NCBI GenBank assembly: GCA_964455085.1
Contig: CAYVYJ010000005.1
Span: forward strand, 21,239-85,238
Direction: 5' to 3'
Origin: an uncultured Planctomycetia bacterium
Lineage (GTDB): Bacteria > Omnitrophota > Gorgyraeia > Duberdicusellales > 4484-171
DNA: 64,000 nucleotides
Below, piece after piece: positions 1-9,066 of this stretch. Every line of letters begins with the position of its first letter. Positions within the stretch are counted from its first letter, which is position 1. Under the pieces are notes generated by a model that was given only the letters and a program-made list of their open reading frames with translations, searched no databases and was not told the origin of the DNA. The translations under genes and the position numbers were made by a program.

Positions 1-248
1 AAGATAATTTTTTCGATACTCGGCTGGCTAAAACTACCTATCTTTTCTTTATCCTTAGCTTCCGGCGGATAATTACAAAAGCTACTTACTCCGATAATCT
101 GATTATCTAACCCTAAACTGAATAAAATTTCGGTTACTGATGGAGCAATTGAAATAATCCTCAACTTCTTTGCCGAATGAGAAGGTATGGGCTGGCTAAA
201 ACAGATAAATATAACTACTAAACTGCTGAATAAAATACTTCTTCTCAT
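1..248 (-). CDS. Periplasmic substrate-binding protein of a cobalamin/Fe-siderophore ABC transporter (BtuF/FecB-like). The gene is 5'-complete and 3'-truncated by the window edge.
   Basis: Manual translation of the minus strand from ATG at 248 gives MRRSILFSSLVVIFICFSQPIPSHSAKKLRIISIAPSVTEILFSLGLDNQIIGVSSFCNYPPEAKDKEKIGSFSQPSIEKII. A signal peptide followed by the 'RIISxAPSxTEILxxLGLxxxxVGVS..C.YP' pattern is typical of BtuF-class binding proteins. The ORF is not in the supplied track because it is partial. Confidence 0.6.
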   Translation of the reverse strand, partial: MRRSILFSSLVVIFICFSQPIPSHSAKKLRIISIAPSVTEILFSLGLDNQIIGVSSFCNYPPEAKDKEKIGSFSQPSIEKII

Positions 249-251
249 CTC

Positions 252-283
252 TAAAATAAAAAAACCCGACTGTTAAGTCGGGG
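252..283 (-). terminator. Intrinsic terminator hairpin forming the expression platform of the upstream riboswitch
   Basis: On the minus strand the stem CCCGACU / AGUCGGG has a 4-nt loop and is followed by a U7 tract. It sits 4 nt upstream of the ATG at 248. Confidence 0.55.
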
Positions 284-354
284 TGCACCCTGATTTCTTG
301 GCCCGGAAAATAAAAATTTTAGGTTATTATTCCGCGTAAAACCTAAAGTTAATT

Positions 355-570
355 CTTTCCGGCAGGTCTTCTGACTTCCTTGCCTCATCCTAGCCACCTT
401 CCCATCAGCCTTAGACTGATAGTGGTTCAAAGCGCTAAGAGAATTTTCTTGACTTATGCCAAGAGCAAGATTACAGCACCGGGAGTGTCTCCGATTCTCA
501 CGGAGTTCCCTATTATGCCTTGCCCGGTTAGAAAAATTTTTCTAACCGGATTTCACGGCACCGAAAAAAA
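355..570 (-). promoter_or_regulatory. Cobalamin (B12) riboswitch aptamer
   Basis: The minus-strand transcript carries several conserved cobalamin-riboswitch elements. These are AAUAGGGAA, the CCGUGAGAAUCGG element (GGUGAAAAUCC-like), CCACU...CUGAUGGGAAGGUGG, and a B12 box AAGUCAGAAGACCUGCCGG at 361..377 that matches rAGYCMGgAgaCCkGCc. The 320-bp region has no credible ORF; the track ORF at 380..580 translates to low-complexity nonsense. Confidence 0.75.
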
Positions 571-639
571 TAATCCTTAACTTCCAAAGAACAGATTTAT
601 TCTATCTTTCTTGATTGTCTTGTCAATATTTTTTTATCC

Positions 640-660
640 TGCGCCCGGGCCGAATCGCAT
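640..660. repeat. Partial duplicate of the tRNA-Arg 3' end, about 18 of 20 nt identical (att-like remnant)
   Basis: tgcgcccgggccgaatcgca at 640..659 versus tgcgcccgggccgactcgaa at 784..803, which is the 3' acceptor/T-arm end of the tRNA. Confidence 0.45.
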
Positions 661-717
661 CCAATCTGCCGAAGGCAGCCCGGTTGAGGCTAAGCCTCAA
701 CCGGCAATATTGGATCC
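657..717. repeat. Structured palindromic intergenic element, copy A. The core is the 24-mer cggttgaggctaagcctcaaccgg at 681..704, with a flanking gccgaaggc hairpin and atccaat/attggat inverted repeats.
   Basis: An identical 24-mer core occurs at 55211..55234 in the opposite orientation, with the same caatct + gccgaaggc flank architecture. Confidence 0.6.
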
Positions 718-783
718 GAGAATAGTCTCTATATTAAACAACGGCTTGTCAGCACAATGAGGCTAACAGATTAGCTAAAACTA

Positions 784-856
784 TGCGCCCGGGCCGACTC
801 GAACGGCCACATCAGCCTTAGGAGGGCCGCGCTCTATCCTGTTGAGCTACGGGCGC
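784..856 (-). tRNA. tRNA-Arg (anticodon CCU). CCA is not encoded.
   Basis: The reverse complement folds as a canonical cloverleaf: acceptor GCGCCCG/CGGGCGC, D-stem GCTC/GAGC, anticodon stem CGGCC/GGCTG with loop CTCCTAA (anticodon CCT), T-stem GGCCG/CGGCC with loop TTCGAGT, 73 nt. Confidence 0.85.
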
Positions 857-871
857 GAATAAGCTATAGAG

Positions 872-1384
872 TCAATATTTAATTAACGAAAATACCGGAT
901 ATTTCTTTAACTTATCTCGCCCTTTGAGAAAGGTCAACTCAATAAGGAAGATAATCGCTGTGACTTCCCCTTCCAGCTCTTCAACCAACTTTGCCGAAGC
1001 TAGAGCAGTTCCTCCGGTAGCCAGCAAATCATCTAAAACCAGAATCTTTGAACCGGGGGGGAAAGCATCACGATGAATTTCTAAGGAATCCTCACCATAC
1101 TCTAAAGAATAGGTATGACGGTAAGTCTCTGCCGGTAGCTTACCGGGCTTTCTTACCGGAACAAATCCGCAATTTAGGCGGTAAGCTAAGGCTGCACCAA
1201 AGATAAATCCCCGAGATTCCGCAGCCACAATATAATCAACAGACTTATCCTTTAACAATTCAGCCAGCTGATCAACTGCTTCTTTAAAAGCAACTTTACT
1301 TTTAAGCAAAGTAGTTATGTCTTTAAACAAGATACCTTTTTTGGGAAAATCCGGGATATCGCGGATATACTTTTCTAAACTCAT
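872..1384 (-). CDS. apt: Adenine phosphoribosyltransferase
   Basis: 170 aa. The PRTase motif VLDDLLATGGT and the APRT-typical AAESRGFIFGAALA are present. Confidence 0.9.
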   Translation of the reverse strand: MSLEKYIRDIPDFPKKGILFKDITTLLKSKVAFKEAVDQLAELLKDKSVDYIVAAESRGFIFGAALAYRLNCGFVPVRKPGKLPAETYRHTYSLEYGEDSLEIHRDAFPPGSKILVLDDLLATGGTALASAKLVEELEGEVTAIIFLIELTFLKGRDKLKKYPVFSLIKY

Positions 1385-1398
1385 ATAATCTCCTATTA

Positions 1399-2220
1399 TT
1401 ATGCCTCTATCTTACGTTTCTGTTGGCTAACCACGTAGTTGCGCAACTTCTTTAAAGCTTCCTTTTCAATTTGCCTAACTCTTTCCCGAGATACTCTGAG
1501 TATTTTTGCCACCTCAGCCAAGGTGCTCGGTCGACCGTCATTTATTCCGAAACGCAGATCTAAAACTTTCCTTTGACGTTCAGTAGCAACTCTAAGCAAT
1601 TCATCTATCCTCTCCCGATTAACAACTTTATCAATATCAGAAGTACTTGTGGTGAAGTCACTACTTTTAAGAAAATCACCTAGTTGCGAGTCTCCACCGC
1701 TGCCTACCGGCGCATCTAAAGATGCTTTCTTCTGAGTCCAGAGTTCAATTTCAGCTATCCTAGCAATTGATACTTTCAGGCGTTTAGCAACTTCGGCCCG
1801 ATTAGGTTCTCGGTTTAACCTCTGACGCAGAGCCTCTTTAGCCCGTTTATGCTTGGCAATAAGTTCACTCATATAGACCGGGACGCGAATAGTCCTGCCT
1901 TGGTCAATGAGCGCCCGGGTTACCCCCTGACGTATCCACCAAGCAGCATAGGTAGAAAAACGGTAACCTCGGCGAATATCAAATTTATCAATCGCCCGCA
2001 TCAGACCGATGTTACCTTCAGCAATTAAATCCATTAAGGGAAGATTGTAGTGAGAGTAATGCTTAGCAATATTTACCACTAACTTTAAGTTACAATTGAT
2101 TATCGTACGACGGGCGACGCGGCTTCCCCGCTTTGCTTTTTGAATAAGTTCGATCTCTTCCTTCTTCTTTAAGATTGGTATTTTTTTTATCCTTTCAAGA
2201 TAAGCTTTAATTGCTTCCAT
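1399..2220 (-). CDS. RNA polymerase sigma factor of the sigma-70 family (short RpoD/RpoS-like, regions 2-4)
   Basis: DLIAEGNIGLMRAIDKFD and YAAWWIRQGVTRAL form region 2, and TLAEVAKILRVSRERVRQIEKEALKKLR forms the region 4 HTH. Confidence 0.85.
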   Translation of the reverse strand: MEAIKAYLERIKKIPILKKKEEIELIQKAKRGSRVARRTIINCNLKLVVNIAKHYSHYNLPLMDLIAEGNIGLMRAIDKFDIRRGYRFSTYAAWWIRQGVTRALIDQGRTIRVPVYMSELIAKHKRAKEALRQRLNREPNRAEVAKRLKVSIARIAEIELWTQKKASLDAPVGSGGDSQLGDFLKSSDFTTSTSDIDKVVNRERIDELLRVATERQRKVLDLRFGINDGRPSTLAEVAKILRVSRERVRQIEKEALKKLRNYVVSQQKRKIEA

Positions 2221-2238
2221 TTTACACCTGGATATCTC

Positions 2239-4926
2239 TTACCTTTTGCTCCTCTCTTTTATCACTATCTGGGCTGCTGCTAAACGGGCAATCGGTACTC
2301 TGAACGGAGAACAACTTACATAATTAAGGCCGGCCTTATGGCAAAACTTAACCGACTCAGGATCTCCCCCATGCTCTCCGCAGATACCGCACTTAAGTTT
2401 TTTATTGGTTCTTCGGCCTAAGTTTACCGCTGTTTTCAGGAGTTGACCGACACCTTCCTGATCAATTGTCTGAAAAGGATCATCGGGTAAGATTTTCTTT
2501 TCTATGTATTCCGGCAGAAAAACTCCGGCATCATCACGGCTATAACCAAAAGTCATCTGAGTAAGGTCATTGGTCCCGAAAGAAAAAAACTCAGCTTTAG
2601 TAGCGACTTTATCAGCAGTTAATGCTGCCCGGGGAATTTCAATCATTGTCCCTACCATGTATTTTACTTTGGACCGTGACTTATCAATAATGCTCCTGGC
2701 TGTCTTGCGAACTATTTCTTCAAGATATCCAAATTCACTGGTTGTTCCAATAAGCGGAATCATGATTTCCGGAAGGACTTTAACCCCTTTCTTAGCCATA
2801 TTGCAAGCTGCTTCAATAATCGCCGTTGTTTGCATCACGCAAAGCTCAGGATAAGTAATTGACAACCGGCAACCGCGATGTCCAAGCATCGGGTTTAACT
2901 CATGCAATTTTTTAACCAGATTCTTTACTTTTGCCGGTGAAATATTCAAACGTTTGGCCATCTCTTTCTGCCCGGCTTGATCATTAGGCAGAAATTCATG
3001 CAGCGGCGGGTCAAGAAGCCGTATTGTTACCGGGAAACCATTCATTTCTTTGAAGATGCCCTCAAAATCTTTTCGCTGATAAGGCAACAGTTTCTTAAGA
3101 GCTGCTTCTCTTGTCTTAAGGTCCTGGGCTAAAATAAACTCCCGAACCGCCCAGATTCTTTCTCCTTCAAAAAACATATGTTCGGTACGGGTAAGTCCGA
3201 TACCTTCGGCACCTAGCTTCCGGGCAGTCATTGAATCTTTAGGCGTATCAGCATTAGTCCGGACCTTAAGTTTCCGGTATTGATCGGCCCATTTCATTAT
3301 CTGGACAAACATCTTATAAATTGAGTCTTTCTTAGCAACAGGATTATTTTCGACAATTCCGGCAATTACCGGACTGGTTGTGGACTTTACATGACCTAGC
3401 ATAACCTCGCCGGTTGAACCGCTCAAGGAAATATAATCACCTTCTTTAATTATGATATCTCCAACTGTTATTTGTTTCATGGAGTAGTTGATATTTAAAG
3501 CGCTGCATCCAGCAACACAGCATTTACCCCAACCCCTGGCAACTACCGCCGCATGGGAAGTCATCCCGCCGGTTGAAGTTAATATTCCTTCGGCAGCATG
3601 CATACCAGCTACATCTTCGGGAGAAGTCTCATGACGAACCAGTATAACCTTTTTTCCTTTTCTCTTCCAGGCCTCAGCATCATCAGCTGTAAATACAACG
3701 TGTCCGGAAGCAGCACCGGGGCCGGCCGGAAGACCTTTAGCTATTTTTTTAGTCTTGTTCTTAGCTACCGGGTCAAAAATAGGAAAAAGAAGCTGGTTAA
3801 GTTGTTCACCCTCGATTCGCATCAGAGCTTCTTCAGGCCTAATCATTTTTTCTTCTACCATATCATAAGCAATTTTAACCGCTGCCAGCCCGGTACGCTT
3901 GCCAGTACGTGTCTGCAGCATAAAAAGCCGACCTTCCTGGATGGTAAATTCTACATCCTGCATATCTTGATAGTGTTGCTCAAGCTTTTCCCTGATATTA
4001 TCAAGTTGTTTATAAATTTTCGGCATTTTTTTCTTAAGATGATCTATCGGCTCAGGAGTTCTTATACCGGCTACCACATCTTCACCCTGGGCATTAATAA
4101 GAAACTCACCAAAAAATTTATTTTCGCCGGTTGAGGGATTACGGGTGAATGCTACACCGGTACCCGAGGTATTACCCATATTTCCGAAAACCATAGCCTG
4201 GACATTAACAGCTGTGCCCAGAAGCCCGGTAATCTTATTTATTCTCCGGTAAATTACAGCTCTTTCCACATTCCATGAGCCAAATACAGCATTGATTGCC
4301 GCCATTAATTGCTCTTTGGCATCAACCGGAAAAGGCTTCTTTACATGCTTCTTGTAGACAAACTTATACTGCTGGACTAATTCCTTAAGCTGAGCAGCTG
4401 TAAGTTCATTATCTTGTGCTGCTTTATACTTTTTCTTAATCAGGGTTAATTTCTCTTCAAAATGCTCATGGTCAACACCCATAACAACATTTCCAAACAT
4501 ATCTACGAAACGCCGATAGGCATCCCAAGCAAGACGCTGGTTTCCGGTTTTTTGGGCCAGACCAGCTACCGTCTTATCATTTAGCCCCAGGTTAAGAACC
4601 GTATCCATCATCCCGGGCATTGAAACAGCAGCACCGCTGCGCACTGAAACCAGCAAAGGATTCTTGGCATCGCCTAATTTTGCCTGCATGCTGTTCTCAA
4701 GCATAGCAATATTAGCGTCGATTTGCTTGGCCAGTTCGACCGGATATTTCTTCCCGTGCTTATAGTAGTAATCGCAAACTTGGGTTGATATCGTGAACCC
4801 CGGAGGTACCGGTATCCCGATGCTACACATCTCAGCCAAATTCGCACCCTTGCCTCCGAGAAGATTTTTCATTTTAGCATTCCCTTCAGACTTACCTTTG
4901 CTGAAAAAATACACGTACTTCGACAT
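2239..4926 (-). CDS. ppdK: Pyruvate, phosphate dikinase
   Basis: About 895 aa. The phosphohistidine region is [22 protein letters not shown] and the PEP-utilising C-terminal motif is [14 protein letters not shown]. The real start is probably MSKYVYFF at 4926, which has a GGAGG RBS 8 nt upstream. The track ORF extends 30 nt further to 4956 and would overlap glyQS. Confidence 0.9.
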   Translation of the reverse strand: MSKYVYFFSKGKSEGNAKMKNLLGGKGANLAEMCSIGIPVPPGFTISTQVCDYYYKHGKKYPVELAKQIDANIAMLENSMQAKLGDAKNPLLVSVRSGAAVSMPGMMDTVLNLGLNDKTVAGLAQKTGNQRLAWDAYRRFVDMFGNVVMGVDHEHFEEKLTLIKKKYKAAQDNELTAAQLKELVQQYKFVYKKHVKKPFPVDAKEQLMAAINAVFGSWNVERAVIYRRINKITGLLGTAVNVQAMVFGNMGNTSGTGVAFTRNPSTGENKFFGEFLINAQGEDVVAGIRTPEPIDHLKKKMPKIYKQLDNIREKLEQHYQDMQDVEFTIQEGRLFMLQTRTGKRTGLAAVKIAYDMVEEKMIRPEEALMRIEGEQLNQLLFPIFDPVAKNKTKKIAKGLPAGPGAASGHVVFTADDAEAWKRKGKKVILVRHETSPEDVAGMHAAEGILTSTGGMTSHAAVVARGWGKCCVAGCSALNINYSMKQITVGDIIIKEGDYISLSGSTGEVMLGHVKSTTSPVIAGIVENNPVAKKDSIYKMFVQIMKWADQYRKLKVRTNADTPKDSMTARKLGAEGIGLTRTEHMFFEGERIWAVREFILAQDLKTREAALKKLLPYQRKDFEGIFKEMNGFPVTIRLLDPPLHEFLPNDQAGQKEMAKRLNISPAKVKNLVKKLHELNPMLGHRGCRLSITYPELCVMQTTAIIEAACNMAKKGVKVLPEIMIPLIGTTSEFGYLEEIVRKTARSIIDKSRSKVKYMVGTMIEIPRAALTADKVATKAEFFSFGTNDLTQMTFGYSRDDAGVFLPEYIEKKILPDDPFQTIDQEGVGQLLKTAVNLGRRTNKKLKCGICGEHGGDPESVKFCHKAGLNYVSCSPFRVPIARLAAAQIVIKERSKR

Positions 4927-4948
4927 TTTCCTTTTTCCTCCTTCCAAA

Positions 4949-6286
4949 TTAATCAAATTTTATCTTAGTTTTAAGAAATTCTTTAATCCTGCCGATTTCT
5001 ATTCGCTCCTGATTCATGCTATCCCTCTCCCGGATAGTAGCCTTCCCGTCAGTTAAACTTTCTACATCGACAGTGATACAGAAAGGGGTTCCAATCTCAT
5101 CTTGGCGGCGATAGAGCTTACCGATTGCTGCTGTATCATCGTAGGAGGCAGGTAATTCATTCTTTATATCACAAAAAACTTTTTTTGCAAGTTCAACTAC
5201 CTCAGGTTTATTCTTAAGCAAAGGGAAAACCGCTGCTGAATAAGGGGCTAAATCTGGCTTCAGCTTTAAGACGTTCCGTACCCTGCCCCTTACCTCTTCA
5301 CTGCAAAAAGCATCAGAGATGCAGGCGAAGAAAGTCCGGTCTACTCCAGCCGAAGGCTCAATCACATAAGGAATAAACTTTTTACCGCCTGTTCCGTCAA
5401 AATAAGCTAAATCTTTTTTACTTACTCTGGCGTGCTCACTTAAATCGAAATCTCCCCGGTTAGCTACTCCCTCCAACTCGCTCCAGCCAAAAGAGAAGTT
5501 AAACTCGATATCAGTACAAGCCTTAGCATAGTGGGCTAGCTCATCTTTGGTGTGCTCTCTTAATCGCAAATTCTCCTTATTTAAACCAATCTTCTCAATG
5601 TAGAAATTAAATCTTTCCTTAACCCAATATTTATAAAACTCATCCGCCTCTTTGGGCTGAACAAAGTATTCGATCTCCATCTGATCAAATTCTTTCATCC
5701 GAAATATAAAACTGCCGGTAGTAACCTCATTCCTGAAAGCTTTACCGATTTGAGCTATACCTAAGGGAAGTTTTTTAGCTGTGGTATTGAGAACATTACT
5801 GAAGTTTACGAATATTCCTTGGGCGGTTTCAGGACGTAAATAAGCATAACTAGGTTCATCCTCGGTAGCACTCATGTTAGTCTTAAGCATCAGGTTGAAT
5901 TTCCGGGGTTTAATTTTATTAATATCAATTGTTTGTTTGCACTCGGCGCACTTATAATGACTTTTAGCTGTCTTTGTCAGCTTATCAACCCGGAACCGCC
6001 TCTTACAGTTAGGGCAATCAATTAAAGAATCAGTAAATCCGGTAAGATGCCCGGAAGCTTTAAAGACCGGCTCAGGCATGATTATGCTGCTATCTAAACC
6101 AACAATATCAGGCCTTTTTTCCACGTACTCCTTCCACCAGATGTCTTTAATCCGTTTTTTAAGCCTGGCTCCCAGGGGGCCGTAATCCCAGATGCTAGAA
6201 AGTCCTCCGTAAATCTCCGAACCGCCGAAGATAAATCCCCTTCTTTTACATAAGGATACTATTTTTGCTAATTTATCCTGACTCAT
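4949..6286 (-). CDS. glyQS: Glycine--tRNA ligase, dimeric class II type
   Basis: 445 aa. The N-terminus [25 protein letters not shown] is diagnostic of alpha2 GlyRS, and class II motifs are present. Confidence 0.9.
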   Translation of the reverse strand: MSQDKLAKIVSLCKRRGFIFGGSEIYGGLSSIWDYGPLGARLKKRIKDIWWKEYVEKRPDIVGLDSSIIMPEPVFKASGHLTGFTDSLIDCPNCKRRFRVDKLTKTAKSHYKCAECKQTIDINKIKPRKFNLMLKTNMSATEDEPSYAYLRPETAQGIFVNFSNVLNTTAKKLPLGIAQIGKAFRNEVTTGSFIFRMKEFDQMEIEYFVQPKEADEFYKYWVKERFNFYIEKIGLNKENLRLREHTKDELAHYAKACTDIEFNFSFGWSELEGVANRGDFDLSEHARVSKKDLAYFDGTGGKKFIPYVIEPSAGVDRTFFACISDAFCSEEVRGRVRNVLKLKPDLAPYSAAVFPLLKNKPEVVELAKKVFCDIKNELPASYDDTAAIGKLYRRQDEIGTPFCITVDVESLTDGKATIRERDSMNQERIEIGRIKEFLKTKIKFD

Positions 6287-6353
6287 TTTAGGCTATTATT
6301 ATACCCCAAAAAATTATTTTTTTAAGAGAAATTTTCCTGAAATACCCAGCGGG

Positions 6354-7178
6354 TTATTCTGGCAGTTTAGGAAAGTCTCTTACCTTTGGCTTTGAATCCA
6401 CGGCTTGACTACTCGTCAACTCCTCTATCTTAGCCTTTGCTACCTTATATCTATCCGGGGGCTTAGGGTGACTACGGAGAAATACCGGCATAACACTCAT
6501 CCCGTGCTGCCTTTCAATTTCCCTAAACCGTTCAAAAACTAAAAGCGCAGCTTTAGGATCAAATCCGGCCTGATAAGCATAGGTAACTCCTAAAGAATCA
6601 GCCAGATATTCATCCTTACGGGAAAAACCCAGACTAACATATTTGTCCACTTCAGCAATTAAATTACCAATGGCTTGTTGATTGGGCTGGCCAGCTAAGA
6701 CTGCTAAAATTAACCTTAAGCCAAAAACAGCTTGGAACCGTTTAAAGCCGTGCCGGGCGCAAATGTGACCAACCTCATGGGCCATGACAAAAGATAATTC
6801 CGGCTCAGAAAAGGTATCAATTAACCCTTTATTCACAAAAATATGCCCGCCTAAAAGAGCATAGGCATTTATCTCCTCACTATCAATGATATAAAAGTTA
6901 TAAGCGAGATAATTACGGTGGCTGGCAGCAGTTACTTTTTCACCAATCTCCCTTAGGTAAGCTAACTCTTCAGGGTCATTAACCATCTTGGTTCGAGCGA
7001 TTAGCTGCTTAGCTAAGATATTGCCAAGACTAATTTCATGCTTCTCGCTAAAAAGGTGCCGCTCTCTTTTGCCGGTAGCCGGATTATATATACTTATGCA
7101 ACCGATAAGAAAAATTGCGATCAAAGATAAAATCAAAATACTTTTGGAATGTCTCGATCCCACCTGCCTCTTCGTCAC
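6354..7178 (-). CDS. M48-family zinc metallopeptidase, lipoprotein
   Basis: A lipobox LIGC and the HExxH motif MAHEVGHICARH are present. The family resembles YcaL/LoiP. Confidence 0.75.
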   Translation of the reverse strand: MTKRQVGSRHSKSILILSLIAIFLIGCISIYNPATGKRERHLFSEKHEISLGNILAKQLIARTKMVNDPEELAYLREIGEKVTAASHRNYLAYNFYIIDSEEINAYALLGGHIFVNKGLIDTFSEPELSFVMAHEVGHICARHGFKRFQAVFGLRLILAVLAGQPNQQAIGNLIAEVDKYVSLGFSRKDEYLADSLGVTYAYQAGFDPKAALLVFERFREIERQHGMSVMPVFLRSHPKPPDRYKVAKAKIEELTSSQAVDSKPKVRDFPKLPE

Positions 7179-7945
7179 TATCCTCCTTCTACTACCTCTA
7201 TTTCATGAGGGCTATTAACAATAACCTCTGGTCCATTATACTCACGAATCCTGCCAATTACACTTATTCTCTTCTGATTATAAAAACTTACTGGATCAAT
7301 ACCTTTTTGTCTAAAAGCCTGGAGGGCATTATTAAAAATTACTACTGTGAAGTCGTTCTTGTAATCCTGGCCAAAATTTAAATATAGACATTTTGCTGAC
7401 TTATAGGTAGCTACAACTCTACCCTCAACTCTCCTTATCTGACCAATATATTGATTAGCCTGGGTATGATCAATAGTTAGAAGACTACTCCAAAGACCTC
7501 TCCTGAATCTTCGGGCCTCTTTCTGAGATGCAATAAATAAATCAACATACTTTAGGTTAGGAGGATGAGTGTAGAGAACCCCATAGCCCTCTTCGATTAG
7601 CCTTGCGTTCACAAAGATATCGTCAAGAAAGCAATACCCCAGGAGCCGGTTGTAGCGATCAGTCTTTTCAATATCAAACTCGATCCGGATGTTTTTCCCT
7701 TCGACCAGCTTACGGTTAAATTCTTTAGCTTCTAAACTAAAAGGTGTAGGCGAGTAAATGAAACTGCCATCAGCTGCCTTAACCCTCACCTCAGGAGTAT
7801 CCAGGCCAATGTAACGCAGCAGCCTTCCGTTAGAAAGCTTAAGAGTATCTCCATCAATGGCTTCTAAGACTTTTATTTGGGAATAATCAGACTGGTTACA
7901 GGAGAGAATAAAAAGAAGGCATAAAAAAACTGCTCTTTTTATCAC
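7178..7945 (-). CDS. Secreted thermonuclease (SNase/micrococcal-nuclease family) with a C-terminal extension of about 100 aa
   Basis: The protein has a signal peptide and the SNase-domain start LEAIDGDTLKLSNGRLLRYIGLDTPE. The C-terminal extension is unassigned. Confidence 0.7.
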   Translation of the reverse strand: MIKRAVFLCLLFILSCNQSDYSQIKVLEAIDGDTLKLSNGRLLRYIGLDTPEVRVKAADGSFIYSPTPFSLEAKEFNRKLVEGKNIRIEFDIEKTDRYNRLLGYCFLDDIFVNARLIEEGYGVLYTHPPNLKYVDLFIASQKEARRFRRGLWSSLLTIDHTQANQYIGQIRRVEGRVVATYKSAKCLYLNFGQDYKNDFTVVIFNNALQAFRQKGIDPVSFYNQKRISVIGRIREYNGPEVIVNSPHEIEVVEGG

Positions 7946-8313
7946 TGCAAGTCTGCGACTAATTTTACAAAGACTTTCTGGGCAAATTGGGCTTTGGGCA
8001 TCAAATACTGACGAGCCGTCACTTTTAGCCGCTGGGAGTCAGCACCAATGCTATTTATCTTTACAGTTAGGCTATGCTCCGAGAGCTTAGCTTTTATCAG
8101 CCCCTTAGATTCATCAGAAGACAGTATCTCTGCCTCCATTGTTGTAAGTACATCCAAGCAGAGATCCCACAACACCCGATACTCTACCTTTACATTTCCG
8201 CTAGCCGAGGCATTGCCTAAACTATAACCGGTTACTATGCCGGCACCAATAAAAACTGGAATGCATCCGGTTATTAGAAATAAACCTATAATTAAGCTGA
8301 TAATCTTTCTCAT
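7942..8313 (-). CDS. Hypothetical lipoprotein
   Basis: 123 aa with signal peptide and lipobox LITGC. Its start overlaps the nuclease gene by 4 nt (translational coupling). Confidence 0.5.
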   Translation of the reverse strand: MRKIISLIIGLFLITGCIPVFIGAGIVTGYSLGNASASGNVKVEYRVLWDLCLDVLTTMEAEILSSDESKGLIKAKLSEHSLTVKINSIGADSQRLKVTARQYLMPKAQFAQKVFVKLVADLQ

Positions 8314-8382
8314 GCTATTAACCCCTTTATATTAACTATAGCAAATTTTTCTCATTTTGCAAGCATTGTTGATAGAAAATAA

Positions 8383-9006
8383 TTAACTAAAGTGAGGGAG
8401 TGAAATACCCAGACTATCTAAGTCTCTGAGCAATTGATTAAAACCAGTAAATTGCAGACATTGTAAGTCAAAGTCCTTGGCTTTCATAATCAAATCCTGG
8501 CGATCATCAATATAAATTATATTTTGAAAGTCAGTAGCCGCGATATCGCTTAAGGCCTGATAAATAGCTTTTTCCGGTTTAACTGATTTGATTTTATAAG
8601 AGAGAATCAACTCTTTAAAGTGGCTAAAGACTTGCGGATAGGTTTGGTAAAGATAGTCAAAATGAAGCTGATTTATATTCGAGATAACATACAAAGGATA
8701 AGTGTGCTTAAGGGCGCTTACTAAGGTAATTACCTCATCCTTGGGTGAAAATATTTTACACCAGACATCAGCAAAGTACTCATAGCTTAAACAAGCGCCA
8801 AAAGTGTCATTAAAGTAAGTATAAAAGGTTTGGGAGCTGACTAATCCCTTCTCAAAGCTTAAACCGAAATCATTTTCAAAAAGCTCTTTAACTACCCGCT
8901 CAACCGGTACCTTGATTTTATCTTTAATCTTGGCTAAAGCAATATTGTAGTCAAAGTCAAAAAGAACCCGGCCTAAGTCAAAAGCAAGTACTTGTCTTTT
9001 CTCCAT
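8383..9006 (-). CDS. HAD-superfamily hydrolase
   Basis: The N-terminal motif AFDLGRVLFDFD matches the DxD nucleophile motif I. Confidence 0.65.
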   Translation of the reverse strand: MEKRQVLAFDLGRVLFDFDYNIALAKIKDKIKVPVERVVKELFENDFGLSFEKGLVSSQTFYTYFNDTFGACLSYEYFADVWCKIFSPKDEVITLVSALKHTYPLYVISNINQLHFDYLYQTYPQVFSHFKELILSYKIKSVKPEKAIYQALSDIAATDFQNIIYIDDRQDLIMKAKDFDLQCLQFTGFNQLLRDLDSLGISLPHFS

Positions 9007-9066
9007 AAACTAATTGCCTTTACCCCGTTAGAAGTATCAAGCTCGAAGGAAGAAAGAACAAAACTT

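Noticed and set aside
380-580. 66-aa plus-strand ORF from the ORF track
   Set aside because: It lies inside the ORF-free, highly structured leader identified as a cobalamin riboswitch on the opposite strand. The translation is low-complexity (MPHPSHLPISLRL...) with no RBS context.
300-600. Possibility that the structured non-coding region is SRP RNA, RNase P RNA or tmRNA
   Set aside because: It has no GGAAAGUCCGG (RNase P) and no tRNA-like 3' end or tag ORF (tmRNA). It has only a weak resemblance to SRP helix 8. Multiple cobalamin-riboswitch signatures (B12 box, AAUAGGGAA, GUGAGAAUC) fit much better.
640-720. Second tRNA gene next to tRNA-Arg
   Set aside because: Only the last 18-20 nt resemble a tRNA 3' end. 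The upstream part forms the palindromic repeat element and cannot fold as a cloverleaf.
9007-9066. Long hairpin (accccgttagaagt-N30-acttctaacggggt) between the HAD hydrolase and epimerase genes as a terminator
   Set aside because: There is no U-tract on the transcribed strand immediately after the stem. It may be a structural or processing element but cannot be called a terminator from sequence.
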